From a virus (taxonomy: Duplodnaviria; Heunggongvirae; Uroviricota; Caudoviricetes): a DNA stretch of 56,969 nt. The notes below the pieces were generated by a model. That model saw only the letters and a program-made list of their open reading frames with translations, did no database searches and was not told the origin of the DNA. Made by a program: the position numbers and the translations under genes. The stretch lies in IMG/VR virus record IMGVR_UViG_2740892231_000011, positions 1 to 56,969 of that record; one strand, 5' to 3'. Of the stretch, positions 9,299 to 19,264 are shown one piece after another. Numbering within the stretch: the stretch's first letter is position 1; each line of letters opens with the position of its first letter.

Positions 9299-10377
9299 CA
9301 GAACGGGTCCTCCTGTACTCTGGCTTTTTTCTTTTTCCGCGCGCCGGGGTCTTCAGGTTCAGGCAGATAAGCATCAGGCGGGCCGACACGGATTTCCGTC
9401 AGGGTGCCGTTCTGGTCCTGAGTAAACGTGACTTCCGAAACAAGCAGTTCGGTATTGTCGAAACCACAGACCGGATCAAAGACAATCACCCGCTGGTTGG
9501 GCTGCCACAGCGTACCGTTACCCTGTCGCCAGCCCTGCACCACATAGGTGGTTTCATCCGTCCGCGCCGCCCGTTGTCGGGCTTCAAAGTCCGCACGGGC
9601 AATACAGCCTGCCCCCGTAGCCTGCCCTGTCTGCCTGATATACATCGGACGGTAACGGGCAATAAATGCGTCCTCTGTGCGGGCCCGCAGCGCGGTGGTG
9701 GTGGCCTCACCGAAATCATCGTCGTTTCCGGCACGCTGCCCCGCCACCTGGTAAACTGAAAACCGCTCCCGGATACTCTTCTCCGTATCACAGGAAAGGA
9801 TGTTTTCCCCAAGTACCAGCGCGGTATGTGCCCGCGTTGAGCCAATACCACCAATCACCAGCCTGCCGTGCGGGTCGTCATAAGCCAGCGCCTGCTGCTG
9901 ACCGAGTATTTTGTTGATCACCTCGATCACCGTTTCACCGTGATCAGGCTGGACATCCGGAATAACACCCGACGGCGCATCGCTGTTCACCACCTCAATG
10001 CCGAAAGGCGCAGCAAGCGCCTGCGCAATCTGTACCAGCGATCGTCCGTTAAACTGTGTCGGTTCGGCTGCACAGTCAATCAGGTCAGCAGTCAGACTAC
10101 GTCCGGCAATACCGGTGCTGACCGAACGGGCATCGTAACGAACGGGGGTCGCCTCCACCCAGCCGGTGATCACCAGCTCATCACCAATCAGCACTTCCAC
10201 TTTTGAACCATTTTTAATGCGCGGCTGAAGCGTGGTGATACCCTCATCTCCCGGCCACTGGCGGGTGATCTCCACGCTGAAATCCCGCGCCAGCCGTTCA
10301 ATACCGGCACCGATGCGCACCGATGTCCAGCCATTCCACTCCCGGCCATTTACCCGTAGCGTGACGTTATCGTTCAT
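9298..10377 (-). CDS. baseplate hub / late control D-like protein (Mu gp44/P-like)
   Basis: 359 aa; follows DNA circularisation protein as in Mu tail module. Confidence 0.7.
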   Translation of the reverse strand: MNDNVTLRVNGREWNGWTSVRIGAGIERLARDFSVEITRQWPGDEGITTLQPRIKNGSKVEVLIGDELVITGWVEATPVRYDARSVSTGIAGRSLTADLIDCAAEPTQFNGRSLVQIAQALAAPFGIEVVNSDAPSGVIPDVQPDHGETVIEVINKILGQQQALAYDDPHGRLVIGGIGSTRAHTALVLGENILSCDTEKSIRERFSVYQVAGQRAGNDDDFGEATTTALRARTEDAFIARYRPMYIRQTGQATGAGCIARADFEARQRAARTDETTYVVQGWRQGNGTLWQPNQRVIVFDPVCGFDNTELLVSEVTFTQDQNGTLTEIRVGPPDAYLPEPEDPGARKKKKARVQEDPF

Positions 10378-11744
10378 TGCACTGGCACCTTCAGAGGGAT
10401 CACCGGCACAAAGCCGGGATGCGTAATGGCATTACGCCGGATAATGTCCGCGTCACGCGCCGCGTTATCAAACCAGGTCGCCGCCAGCACCAGCGCGGGT
10501 AAGACCTCATCCGGCGTGCGCTGAATGATCCGTGCAGACTGTTCAAGGCGCGTGTTGATATCCGCATTCAGATCTGCTTTCACCCGGCGCAGTGCCAGAA
10601 ACAGCGCATCACTGGTTGTTCGGGACAACTCCTTATCAATTGCCGTATTCAGTGTGTCACGAATGTCAGTCAGTTCTTCCCACGTCGGCAGGTCAACCGT
10701 GCTTTTCACCGCTGGTGCATTGTTCAGTGCCGGATGCGTGACGGAAGGCCAGCCAGTGCTCTGCGCGGGTGTTGTTGCCTGCCCCACTGCGGCATTCTGC
10801 ATCACCGCGGAAGTTGTTGGCGCAGGCAATCGGGTGACGGCATACGCCGCTTCGCTGATTGCGGTCGTACGAAGGGTGCTGGCAACCACGTTACGCTGTT
10901 GCGTCGCCGTGGCGGTGGTTTTACTGTCCGTTTTCCAGACGCCGCGCGGTTGCAGATCGCTGCCGAGGCTGACACCGGAAAGCGTTTTGATCATGGTGAC
11001 CAGGTCGCTGGCGTTACCATAAAGGCGTTTCCCGGTACGCCACATTTTCTGCACCTGCTCAACGAAATTTTTGCCTGACGATGGCGGCGGCAGAAGTACC
11101 GAGATATCCCCCTGCAACAGCCTGGCGGCATCCGATACGGCAGAATCCACCACTTTCATTGCATCAGAAACATACCCAAGCATTGTGCTGGCATTACCGA
11201 CGACGTCGTTCTGCACAAAATCTGCCACGCCATCGATACTGAAACCACTGAAGCTGTCACTGATGCAGTCATCCAGTGCAGAACAGGATGACATCAGCGT
11301 CTGCGCCGTCGCCGCACCTGAAGTGGGGTAAGAGAGTTCTCCCGCTTCGACAAACTTCAGGTCAAAGCGGACAATACGCCCTTCACTCTTCGATGTGCTG
11401 ACCCGAACTTCCCCGTCAACACAGACTTTCAGCTCACCGTAAGTCGGATGGACAAGCGTGCCAGGACCGGGTTTATTCAGCGCGTCAATCAGGCGATCGC
11501 GCTGGTCAAAGCAGTCATCTCCCACCACATAAGCTGCGATGGACGGGCGGAAAGTGATTTTCCCCAGGTCTTCGGTATAGGGTTTGTCGCGGTTCGGGTA
11601 TTCGTGCGTTTCCACACGGCGACCGGTTCCCGCACTTTCTTCTTCAACCTTAAACGGCACACCGCGAAATGACGCGTCCTGAAGTCTGTCTTTCCACGTC
11701 ATATAAACTCCGTACATAAAAAATCCCACCGGAGTGGGACTCAT
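10374..11744 (-). CDS. DNA circularisation protein N-like (Mu gp43)
   Basis: Starts ...MTWKDRLQDASFRGVPFKVEE; likely true start at the internal Met near 11702, which has a GGAG RBS and follows a hairpin. Confidence 0.75.
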   Translation of the reverse strand: MSPTPVGFFMYGVYMTWKDRLQDASFRGVPFKVEEESAGTGRRVETHEYPNRDKPYTEDLGKITFRPSIAAYVVGDDCFDQRDRLIDALNKPGPGTLVHPTYGELKVCVDGEVRVSTSKSEGRIVRFDLKFVEAGELSYPTSGAATAQTLMSSCSALDDCISDSFSGFSIDGVADFVQNDVVGNASTMLGYVSDAMKVVDSAVSDAARLLQGDISVLLPPPSSGKNFVEQVQKMWRTGKRLYGNASDLVTMIKTLSGVSLGSDLQPRGVWKTDSKTTATATQQRNVVASTLRTTAISEAAYAVTRLPAPTTSAVMQNAAVGQATTPAQSTGWPSVTHPALNNAPAVKSTVDLPTWEELTDIRDTLNTAIDKELSRTTSDALFLALRRVKADLNADINTRLEQSARIIQRTPDEVLPALVLAATWFDNAARDADIIRRNAITHPGFVPVIPLKVPVQ

Positions 11745-11762
11745 TAACAGATTAATTTTTCA

Positions 11763-13598
11763 TTACCTGCCAAAGCGCGTATAGCCAACATCATGGCTGA
11801 CATCAAAACCGCTGGATCGCGTTTCCATAACCCGCATACCCGGAGGCGAATTCACAAAAGAGACCTTGATCTCACCATCAACTTTTGGCGCAGAAGCTTT
11901 GTTAATCATGAAGGGATTCGGGCCTGTGGCATCGGAGGCGTTGTTTGACTGAGCCGGATCTACCGCCGGATAAGGTGTGTATCCCCGTGCCGGTATTCCC
12001 GTCCCATAAGCATCATAAGCACCCGCGCCCCACTGCGCCGAGTTAATGGCATCAACCGTGTCACCGGAACTGTCGGTAAACCATTCAATAATCGGCTTCA
12101 GCTTATCCCACATATCCTGAAACCACTTAACAACCGGTCCCCAGTTATTGATTACCATCCCCAGCGGCGACCAGGCAAAAACCTTCTTCAGAAGTTCCCG
12201 GCCAGCCTCAAAATAAGGACCAATGGTTTCCCAGAGCTTCTTGAAATAAGGTCCGACAACATCCCAGTTAGTGATAATTAATCCCGCAGCCAAGGCTATC
12301 GCCGTCGCAATCATTCCTATCGGCGTCATCGACATGATCCTGCTGACAATACTGATGGCACCGCCAACGCCCATCAATCCCAGTTTCAGAATCGCAAGAC
12401 CGGCAGCAAGCCCGACGACGCCGCGAATAACCCGGGGATTTTCATCCGCAAACTTCGTGAATTTTTCCCCTAACTCCCCCAGCCATTGCGTGATATTTTT
12501 GGCGTCACCAGAAAATGCGCCGCCAATAGCCGCAAGGCCGTTAGTTGCGGTCCCCGTCATTGCCTCCCACAGGTTGGACAGCGTACCAAGCTGGGCCTGA
12601 ACACGTTTATTCAGGCTGGCCTGTTTATTCATCTTCTGCTGGATCTGATCGTAACCATCCTTTCCTTTATCGATCAGAGCATTGACCACCTGAAGGGTTT
12701 CAGCATCATCACCAAATATTGCCTTAAGTACACCGGTTCGCTTAACGTCGGTCAGTTTTCGCAGCTTTGCCAGTTGCCTGAACATGTTATCAAGACCGCC
12801 AAAACTCCCTTTGCCGTCAGTAAAATCGAGCTGCACTCCGAGTTTCTGGCGGGCCATGACTTTATTGACGTCCCTGATTTTCTTAACGCTTAATCCGGAC
12901 TGGATAACTTTTCGCAGGGCATTACCTGCCGACTCCCCGTTCATCCCCATCTGATCCATCATGACGCTGATAGGGGCAAGGCTCTGTGCAGCCTGAAGAC
13001 CGTCCTTATTCACCATCTTCAGAACAGAACTGGTTTTAGTGAAGAAGGACAACATGTTGGTATCGTCAACGCCCAGATAAAACGCCTTCTGGATAGTGTC
13101 GAACAGCCCCATCATGTCTTCTGACGCCGTTCCGGTAGCATCCTGCATCTTTGCAGCAAACTCAGCAGCCGCTTCTGGTGTTTTTTTCAGTTGTACCGCA
13201 AGATAAGCTGTCGCTTTACCCACACCACCCAGAATGTTTTCTGCCGGGATCCCCTGACGCACCAGCATCTGCATCATGTTCTGGAAATCAGCCGTTGTAC
13301 CGGGTAGCTGGTTACCCAGGCCAATAGCCAGTTTATTGATGTCCTGAAAGCGCTTTCCAACCTCGCCGTTCGCATCCATCATGGCGACTTTCAGCCCGGT
13401 GGCGGCGTTTTCCTGATCGGCATAAGATTTCAGGGAAAGCGTCAGACCCGCTGCCAGTCCGCCACCAAGCGCCAGCCCACCCTGTGACGCTTCTTCCGCC
13501 TGGCGTTTAAATCCCCGGATTTTCTTTTGCATTTTCGACAGCGCCGGAGAAAGCCTGTCGACACCGGTGATCAACGCCTTAAGCTCAAATTCAGCCAT
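11763..13598 (-). CDS. tail tape measure protein
   Basis: 611 aa, Gly/Ala-rich with hydrophobic segments, downstream of the chaperone pair. Confidence 0.8.
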   Translation of the reverse strand: MAEFELKALITGVDRLSPALSKMQKKIRGFKRQAEEASQGGLALGGGLAAGLTLSLKSYADQENAATGLKVAMMDANGEVGKRFQDINKLAIGLGNQLPGTTADFQNMMQMLVRQGIPAENILGGVGKATAYLAVQLKKTPEAAAEFAAKMQDATGTASEDMMGLFDTIQKAFYLGVDDTNMLSFFTKTSSVLKMVNKDGLQAAQSLAPISVMMDQMGMNGESAGNALRKVIQSGLSVKKIRDVNKVMARQKLGVQLDFTDGKGSFGGLDNMFRQLAKLRKLTDVKRTGVLKAIFGDDAETLQVVNALIDKGKDGYDQIQQKMNKQASLNKRVQAQLGTLSNLWEAMTGTATNGLAAIGGAFSGDAKNITQWLGELGEKFTKFADENPRVIRGVVGLAAGLAILKLGLMGVGGAISIVSRIMSMTPIGMIATAIALAAGLIITNWDVVGPYFKKLWETIGPYFEAGRELLKKVFAWSPLGMVINNWGPVVKWFQDMWDKLKPIIEWFTDSSGDTVDAINSAQWGAGAYDAYGTGIPARGYTPYPAVDPAQSNNASDATGPNPFMINKASAPKVDGEIKVSFVNSPPGMRVMETRSSGFDVSHDVGYTRFGR

Positions 13599-13773
13599 GT
13601 GTGCGTTTCTCCTGCTCTATCCTGTTTGCCTGACTGACCAGCAAGGGAATTTCACTGATCGGCATATTCAGCAATTCGAAGGGATTAATGCGCCAGTAAC
13701 TGGCGCAGTCAAAGAAGCGATCAGTGAGGTATTCAGCCGTCAGGCCTGGAGGAAAAAACCAGCCACAAGCCAC
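13591..13773 (-). CDS. tail assembly chaperone, -1 frameshift extension ORF
   Basis: Overlaps the upstream chaperone ORF by about 34 nt in the -1 frame; slippery heptamer T_TTT_TTC lies in the overlap. Confidence 0.5.
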   Translation of the reverse strand: MACGWFFPPGLTAEYLTDRFFDCASYWRINPFELLNMPISEIPLLVSQANRIEQEKRTHG

Positions 13774-14009
13774 GCCGCTGCATTCAGGTCTGCCGGAGAC
13801 ATCTGGTCGACAGAGCTTTGCGGCACTTTCGCCAGCCGCACAATGTATTTCGACACCACATGCGCCAGAAGTCTGACGGACTCATCCTGATTCATCTGGT
13901 AGGGATACCCCAGCTCGCGGACATCCTTCCCGGTGGGTTCATCAAACTCCAGTACGGAGAGTGTCTCGCCATGAGCGATAATCGGTTTCTTTAACTCAAG
14001 CTCTTTCAT
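13740..14009 (-). CDS. tail assembly chaperone (Mu gp41-like)
   Basis: 89 aa between tail tube and tape measure genes; ends at the slippery site. Confidence 0.6.
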   Translation of the reverse strand: MKELELKKPIIAHGETLSVLEFDEPTGKDVRELGYPYQMNQDESVRLLAHVVSKYIVRLAKVPQSSVDQMSPADLNAAAWLVAGFFLQA

Positions 14010-14365
14010 TACTGGTAATCCCCTTCTTCACCGTGGAACTCAAGATCAACCGTGCCTTCTTCGGCATTATGGTTCGCTTCGCCGTGCAGCCAGGCTGACG
14101 ACAATACATAGACCTGACCGTTCGCCAGCTCAGCAGTGATGGTCATCTCATCAGACGAGGTGATTTTACTCACAGGAAAATTCTTCGGCACCTTGAAGGT
14201 CCCTTTAACATAGGGCGCACGGTGAGTTTCCTTGCGGTCCACTGAACCGTCCAGGCCGATGATGTCATCATTGACCGTCCTGTTCATGGGCACCTCAATG
14301 CCGCCGGTCAGCGATAGCTGCTGACCGTCAATTTTGAAATAACAGGTTCCCCCGATACGGGCCAT
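14009..14365 (-). CDS. tail tube protein
   Basis: 118 aa immediately downstream of the sheath gene. Confidence 0.7.
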   Translation of the reverse strand: MARIGGTCYFKIDGQQLSLTGGIEVPMNRTVNDDIIGLDGSVDRKETHRAPYVKGTFKVPKNFPVSKITSSDEMTITAELANGQVYVLSSAWLHGEANHNAEEGTVDLEFHGEEGDYQ

Positions 14366-15861
14366 TATGCAGACTCCTCTGAATACTGAAGACGGAACTG
14401 GTTAACCACGGCAAAGACACGCAACTGGTTAACATAGTCAGGCGGGAACAGCGTGTTCAGGCGGTTCGGATCGCTGGCATCACGCTCCACAACCAGGTAC
14501 TGCTTGAACAGTTCGTAGTTTTCCACGATCCCCGCACGCTCGAGCTGACGGTAGGTTGCCAGCAGTTCCCCTTTGATCACTGCCGGGGTGACAATCGCCT
14601 GACCGGGACCAAAGCGGGTACCGTCACTGGCAAGCTTGTGACGCCCGTACTTACTGGTAATGACGGATTTCAGTTTGCGCAGTACATACGCGCTGGTATG
14701 CAACGTCTCGCTGTCGAGGTAGCTGTTATCCGCAACCCCGTAAGCGTTTTTCCTGTACGTGGTGACATCACGCTGAATGCGCAGTACCCCGCTTTCGACA
14801 TACGCCGTTGCCACGCCATGAGACAGCAGGGTCTGTTGTTCGGTCATCGTGAACCGTTTCCCCTTCGGCGCAGGCAGCATACCCACCAGCTCACCGGTCT
14901 GCGTGGGACGTGCCGGATCGTTGCGGATAAACACCGCTGCGCGGGCGGTACGGCTTGCCGCCAGCTCATCGGCAGGCGTCTGGGTGTCTTTTTCGTACCC
15001 CGCCAGGGTAATGTGCTGCTGGTTAAACTGGTCACCTGCGGTCACCAGTTCTGACAGCGTGCCGATCTTTGCCGTATACACATGGCCATACAGCTGACGC
15101 GCATAGCTCCAGCGACCGCTGGTATCGTTCATCTCGGTCACCAGCGTGTTAAGGGAGGCCGTGTCGTTGAACGGCAGACCGATATAATCAAACGGCTCAT
15201 CCGCCATTGCAGCCACCGCGCCGGTGAGAACCGGAGCGCCCGTTCCGGCGGTCCCCGCCGCCACGGCAATCTGTACGCCCGCTGGCAGCACTTCGCCCCC
15301 ACCGAAGCCGTAGTAATTGAGGCTGACAGGAATTTCATTCCCGCAAAGCCCCTTATGACGCGCGGTCAGTGTGACCACGCCAGCCGAAGATGAGGCCGTA
15401 AACGGCAGGGCCGGAACGGCATTGATGGCATCTTTGATACTGCTGGCAATCGTCGCGACGTTATCGCCGTTGGTCACCGGTGCCTGCACGCGGGTACGTC
15501 CCACATAAACATTCACCGTGCCGGTTTCGGTTGCCGCGCCGGTCACCGTCAGCGTAACTGTTGCCGCCGCGCCCGTGGATTCAGGAACGGCAATCACATA
15601 CAGTTCACCAAACGGGTCGGTCTGGCGATAAGCCTCGACCATACGCGCCAGCTGACTTCCCGCACCACAAATCTGGCGTGCATAGTCTGCCGATGGCATC
15701 AGCACCAGACTGTTGGCAACAATCTCTGCACCGTTATTGGCATGACCAATCAGCAGCGATGCTCCGCTGTCCTGTGCAGTATTCGCCGCCGAGTTATCCA
15801 TTTCCGCATAAAACAACGGAACCAGCGTATTCGACGGAATGGTGTTAAAGCTTATCGTCAT
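14365..15861 (-). CDS. contractile tail sheath protein
   Basis: 498 aa, sheath-like sequence; sheath-tube-chaperone-tape measure order. Confidence 0.85.
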   Translation of the reverse strand: MTISFNTIPSNTLVPLFYAEMDNSAANTAQDSGASLLIGHANNGAEIVANSLVLMPSADYARQICGAGSQLARMVEAYRQTDPFGELYVIAVPESTGAAATVTLTVTGAATETGTVNVYVGRTRVQAPVTNGDNVATIASSIKDAINAVPALPFTASSSAGVVTLTARHKGLCGNEIPVSLNYYGFGGGEVLPAGVQIAVAAGTAGTGAPVLTGAVAAMADEPFDYIGLPFNDTASLNTLVTEMNDTSGRWSYARQLYGHVYTAKIGTLSELVTAGDQFNQQHITLAGYEKDTQTPADELAASRTARAAVFIRNDPARPTQTGELVGMLPAPKGKRFTMTEQQTLLSHGVATAYVESGVLRIQRDVTTYRKNAYGVADNSYLDSETLHTSAYVLRKLKSVITSKYGRHKLASDGTRFGPGQAIVTPAVIKGELLATYRQLERAGIVENYELFKQYLVVERDASDPNRLNTLFPPDYVNQLRVFAVVNQFRLQYSEESA

Positions 15862-16015
15862 CGGTATTCACCTTTTTATTCACGCGCCGGATATCACCCG
15901 CGGCTTCACGGCGCAGCCAGTAGTTGTTCTCGTCAACATTTCGCCCTTCGGCGGGCAAAAGGTCGCCGCGGGCAGGGTCAGGAACTGACCGCCCTTTAAC
16001 AGGTTTGACAAACAT
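15845..16015 (-). CDS. small hypothetical protein (56 aa), not in ORF track
   Basis: ATG preceded by GAGGA at 5-nt spacing; stop overlaps the sheath start (MFVKPVKGRS...DDDKL). Hand-derived coordinates. Confidence 0.3.
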   Translation of the reverse strand: MFVKPVKGRSVPDPARGDLLPAEGRNVDENNYWLRREAAGDIRRVNKKVNTDDDKL

Positions 16016-16023
16016 GAGGATCC

Positions 16024-16584
16024 TCAGGAAGGAAGGGTTATTTCGGTGTGATGTTCGATATCGCCGTCAGGCCCGTTACCGGGCTCGAGATAATCAACAT
16101 CAATCGCCAGCGTTTGCAGTTCATCCAGACTGTTCAGATCATCCTGCTGGCGGGTATCGTCTTCAGTCAGCTCGCTGATGACCGAAAAATCGAACTGATA
16201 AATCAGCTCATGACGATTCAGATCCAGCAGCGTGCCGCCGTCATAGGTAATCGGGTTACCGCACGCCTCCGGGTTCCAGCCCAGCAGAGCCTTAAAGAGC
16301 ATCTGCCGGACATCGTCCACCACATCATACGAGGCAAACTGACCGCGCTCATCACGCCCGTTACTCAGTATGACAACCACGGAGAAGCCCTCTTTCAGCT
16401 CCTGCCAGTAGTCGGTCTGGCTTTTGTTTTCTCCCGGAGAATCATCACCCGGTACAACATATGCCGCCGGGAGTTTCAGCTTTCCGACCTCCGGCAGATT
16501 TTTGAACTGGGCCGCGCCTGCAACCCGGTTTTCAAAATACGGACAGCGGGCACGCAGTGCAGCAATAACAGGCGTCAGTTTCAT
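16024..16584 (-). CDS. phage structural protein, Mu gp37-like
   Basis: 186 aa, acidic; placed between neck genes and sheath. Confidence 0.5.
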   Translation of the reverse strand: MKLTPVIAALRARCPYFENRVAGAAQFKNLPEVGKLKLPAAYVVPGDDSPGENKSQTDYWQELKEGFSVVVILSNGRDERGQFASYDVVDDVRQMLFKALLGWNPEACGNPITYDGGTLLDLNRHELIYQFDFSVISELTEDDTRQQDDLNSLDELQTLAIDVDYLEPGNGPDGDIEHHTEITLPS

Positions 16585-17087
16585 CTGTGTCGTCGCTCCG
16601 GCTTCAGTGATTTACGCAATTCCCGCGCCAGAAAATAGCGTGTCCAGCTGCGGTTCTTTTCAAGCGTTTCCACCATAAAGTTATTACGTGGAGCCAGTCG
16701 CCAGCCGCTGCCACCGGATGCACCACGATGATGGCTGCGACGACGCTTTGCTCCTCCCCGGACACCAAAAAACAGAAACGCCGGATAGAAGTCACCAGAG
16801 ATCATCCGGTTCCCCTTCCCGTTGCGCTGGTTAGGGGCAATGCGTGTCATAAAACCGGCTCGCTTTTTACTGGCTCCCGGCACCATGTAACCAATCGAAC
16901 GAGCCAGGCGTCCGGTCTGATAACCGGGGTTTTCACCCGGTGCCGACCGCGCACGGCGCATCACCAGCCGACGGGCATCACGCATATGACGCTGCCCAAT
17001 CGTGACAAACGCCCGCCGGACACGGGCGCGGTTAAAGCGCATCTCGGCGGGCTGCTGAACATCAACGTGAAAAAAGGAAGTCGCCAT
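16581..17087 (-). CDS. virion morphogenesis / tail completion-like protein
   Basis: 168 aa, Arg-rich; coupled within the head-tail joining block. Confidence 0.5.
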   Translation of the reverse strand: MATSFFHVDVQQPAEMRFNRARVRRAFVTIGQRHMRDARRLVMRRARSAPGENPGYQTGRLARSIGYMVPGASKKRAGFMTRIAPNQRNGKGNRMISGDFYPAFLFFGVRGGAKRRRSHHRGASGGSGWRLAPRNNFMVETLEKNRSWTRYFLARELRKSLKPERRHR

Positions 17088-17472
17088 TGTTGCCTCCGTG
17101 ACTCTGCGTAAATTCGCCCAGCTCCGTACATTCCAGCAGCAGAAAGCGCCGCGCCCCGTTCAGATCGCGCTGACGTTTTACCCGGTACACACTATCACCG
17201 CAGACCACCTCATAATCAGCGGTGATCCCCCGGCGGTAACGAATGGTGATGTAATGGGTGATGGCGTCCCCGGTCTGCGCGGTTTCCTGCCTGGTGGTGG
17301 CACTGGTCTGGATAACCTTCGCCCATGTCCGGAACGTAACCGGGTATTGAGGCTCCACGCCAAAGTTATCCGCGGGCATATCCACCCGCAGGCGGATCAG
17401 GACGCGTTTATTCAGTTCACCGGGGTCCGGCAGAATGTAGGTTGCGCTGGTCTGCGCCTGACGAATTTTCAT
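17062..17472 (-). CDS. head closure / head-tail adaptor protein
   Basis: 136 aa downstream of the connector gene. Confidence 0.5.
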   Translation of the reverse strand: MKIRQAQTSATYILPDPGELNKRVLIRLRVDMPADNFGVEPQYPVTFRTWAKVIQTSATTRQETAQTGDAITHYITIRYRRGITADYEVVCGDSVYRVKRQRDLNGARRFLLLECTELGEFTQSHGGNNGDFLFSR

Positions 17473-17792
17473 TGCGGAAAGTACCTGTACGGGCCGACAA
17501 GCCAGCCAAAACTCTGCGGCATGTCGAGTTTCTCCACTTCCGTAACCGACGAGCGGTTTTCGTAAAAATGGCTGATAAGCATCAGCATCCCCAGACGAAT
17601 ATCATCCGGCAGGTGCAGCCCGTCCGGATCGCTGTCCGGAATGGTTTCATCCGGTGCATAGAGCTTCCGGTTCAGATACGTTTCCGTCCGCTTTTGTGCC
17701 GCACATGCCAACAGTTGCAGATGGCGGTCATCAGTATCGAAATCCTCATCCAGCCGGAGTTGGGCTTTAATCTCTTCCATTGTCAGAAGCAT
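17469..17792 (-). CDS. head-tail connector protein (gp6-like)
   Basis: 107 aa acidic protein immediately after capsid genes. Confidence 0.6.
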   Translation of the reverse strand: MLLTMEEIKAQLRLDEDFDTDDRHLQLLACAAQKRTETYLNRKLYAPDETIPDSDPDGLHLPDDIRLGMLMLISHFYENRSSVTEVEKLDMPQSFGWLVGPYRYFPQ

Positions 17793-17794
17793 AC

Positions 17795-17995
17795 TCAGCC
17801 CTCTTTACTGGTCGTGGCTTTTTTCTCTTTTGCCGCTTTACTGCTTTTTGCACTGATTCCGCGCTCTGCTAACCCGGCCTGAAGTGCAATCTCCTGCACC
17901 CGGGCAGGAAGCGCCCCGTCGTCATACTCACCGGCCCGAATGACCTCAACACGCATACCGTCCGGTGACCATTTCAGATCTTGTTTCAGGATCAT
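17795..17995 (-). CDS. small hypothetical head-module protein
   Basis: 66 aa ORF coupled between the major capsid and connector genes. Confidence 0.4.
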   Translation of the reverse strand: MILKQDLKWSPDGMRVEVIRAGEYDDGALPARVQEIALQAGLAERGISAKSSKAAKEKKATTSKEG

Positions 17996-18044
17996 GATTC
18001 TTCACCCGTCAGAACAGGGGGCGCGGTTCCGCGCCCCTGAGTGA

Positions 18045-19250
18045 TTACGCCGCTGCAATCTTCAGCAGTTTGATGGCCTGCGAATCGACCAGCATCCCGC
18101 CGGTGCGCTTGGTGGTATAAAAACCGACAAACGGTTTATTGGTGTACGGGTCACGCAGAATGCGGGTGCCGATACGGTCAACGATGGTGTAACCCCGTTT
18201 GAAGTTACCAAATGCAATGGCTTTCGCATCAGCGGCGATATCCGGCATCTGTTCGTTTTCAGCGATACCGTAACCCGCCAGAGAGGACGGCTGCCCCAGT
18301 TCCAGCCCCGGACGCCACAGATAGTTACCCTCGGTGTCTTTCAGCAGACGGATGGCAAACAGGCTGTTGTTGTTCATCATGAACTTCGCGCCAGTGCGGT
18401 GTGCCTTACGCAGCGTGTAAATCAGTTTGATAATGGCGTCTGCGGTCACCGCGGTCGCTTCGCCGGATACAATATGCTGAAGTTTGCCGAACGCCCGGAC
18501 CTTGTCGGTTTCATCAGTGGATTCATACGCCAGGAACCCTTTCGGCTTCTTGGTGCCATCGCCTGAGGTAAAGGCAATTTCTTCCTGTTCGGCAAATTCG
18601 GTTGCCAGCTCGCTGTTGATCCAGGCCTCCACGTTGAAGAAGGCATCGTCCAGCATTTTCTGGGTAGCCTGCGGGTTGCCGTAGATTTCCCCCATGAGAG
18701 GTTCAATCAGCTCCAGTCTGGAGGTGGCAGTCTGGGCTCGCGTATCCGTTTCCCCCACCCATCCGGAAGCCGTACCGCCCAGATTCACCAGTTTTTTGTA
18801 GTCGGAACCGCCAACGGTGATCACCGTGGCTTCCTGACGCATCACCACTTCATCTTTCAGCAGGTTAAGAATGTTGCGATCCAGTTCTTCCGGCACGGCG
18901 TAGCCACCGTCTTCATCGGTACCCACCTGCAATGCCTTACGCTCCAGATCGCGCAGACCGTCTTCACGGCCTTTACGCAGGAAGCCCACAAACGCCTCTT
19001 TATGCTCGGTGGCCAGTTTATTTTGCGCTCCACCTGCCGGACGTTTCAGCTCAAGCAGCTCTTTTTCAAGGTCGCTTTTGAGATTTTCCAGCTCGCTGAG
19101 TTTCCCGTTCAGGGTTTCCACCTGCCCGGCAAGCTTGCCTTTTTCCTGCTCAATCGCATCCACGCGCTTGTCGTTCTTTGCTTTGAAGTCGTCAAACTTC
19201 TGCTGCAGCTCCTGCGCGACCTGTTCCACATCTTTAATATCAACCGCCAT
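18045..19250 (-). CDS. major capsid protein, HK97 family
   Basis: 401 aa; N-terminal coiled-coil delta domain followed by HK97-fold capsid sequence. Confidence 0.9.
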   Translation of the reverse strand: MAVDIKDVEQVAQELQQKFDDFKAKNDKRVDAIEQEKGKLAGQVETLNGKLSELENLKSDLEKELLELKRPAGGAQNKLATEHKEAFVGFLRKGREDGLRDLERKALQVGTDEDGGYAVPEELDRNILNLLKDEVVMRQEATVITVGGSDYKKLVNLGGTASGWVGETDTRAQTATSRLELIEPLMGEIYGNPQATQKMLDDAFFNVEAWINSELATEFAEQEEIAFTSGDGTKKPKGFLAYESTDETDKVRAFGKLQHIVSGEATAVTADAIIKLIYTLRKAHRTGAKFMMNNNSLFAIRLLKDTEGNYLWRPGLELGQPSSLAGYGIAENEQMPDIAADAKAIAFGNFKRGYTIVDRIGTRILRDPYTNKPFVGFYTTKRTGGMLVDSQAIKLLKIAAA

Positions 19251-19264
19251 CGTATTTCTCCTGA

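Noticed and set aside
5211-17565. Many 60-160 aa ORFs on the strand opposite the tail and head genes (e.g. 6325..6510, 10525..11022, 12271..12600, 14638..15054, 16048..16638, 17098..17565)
   Set aside because: They lie entirely inside long, coupled structural genes of GC-rich phage DNA, where stop-free antisense frames arise by chance; none has a credible RBS or motif.
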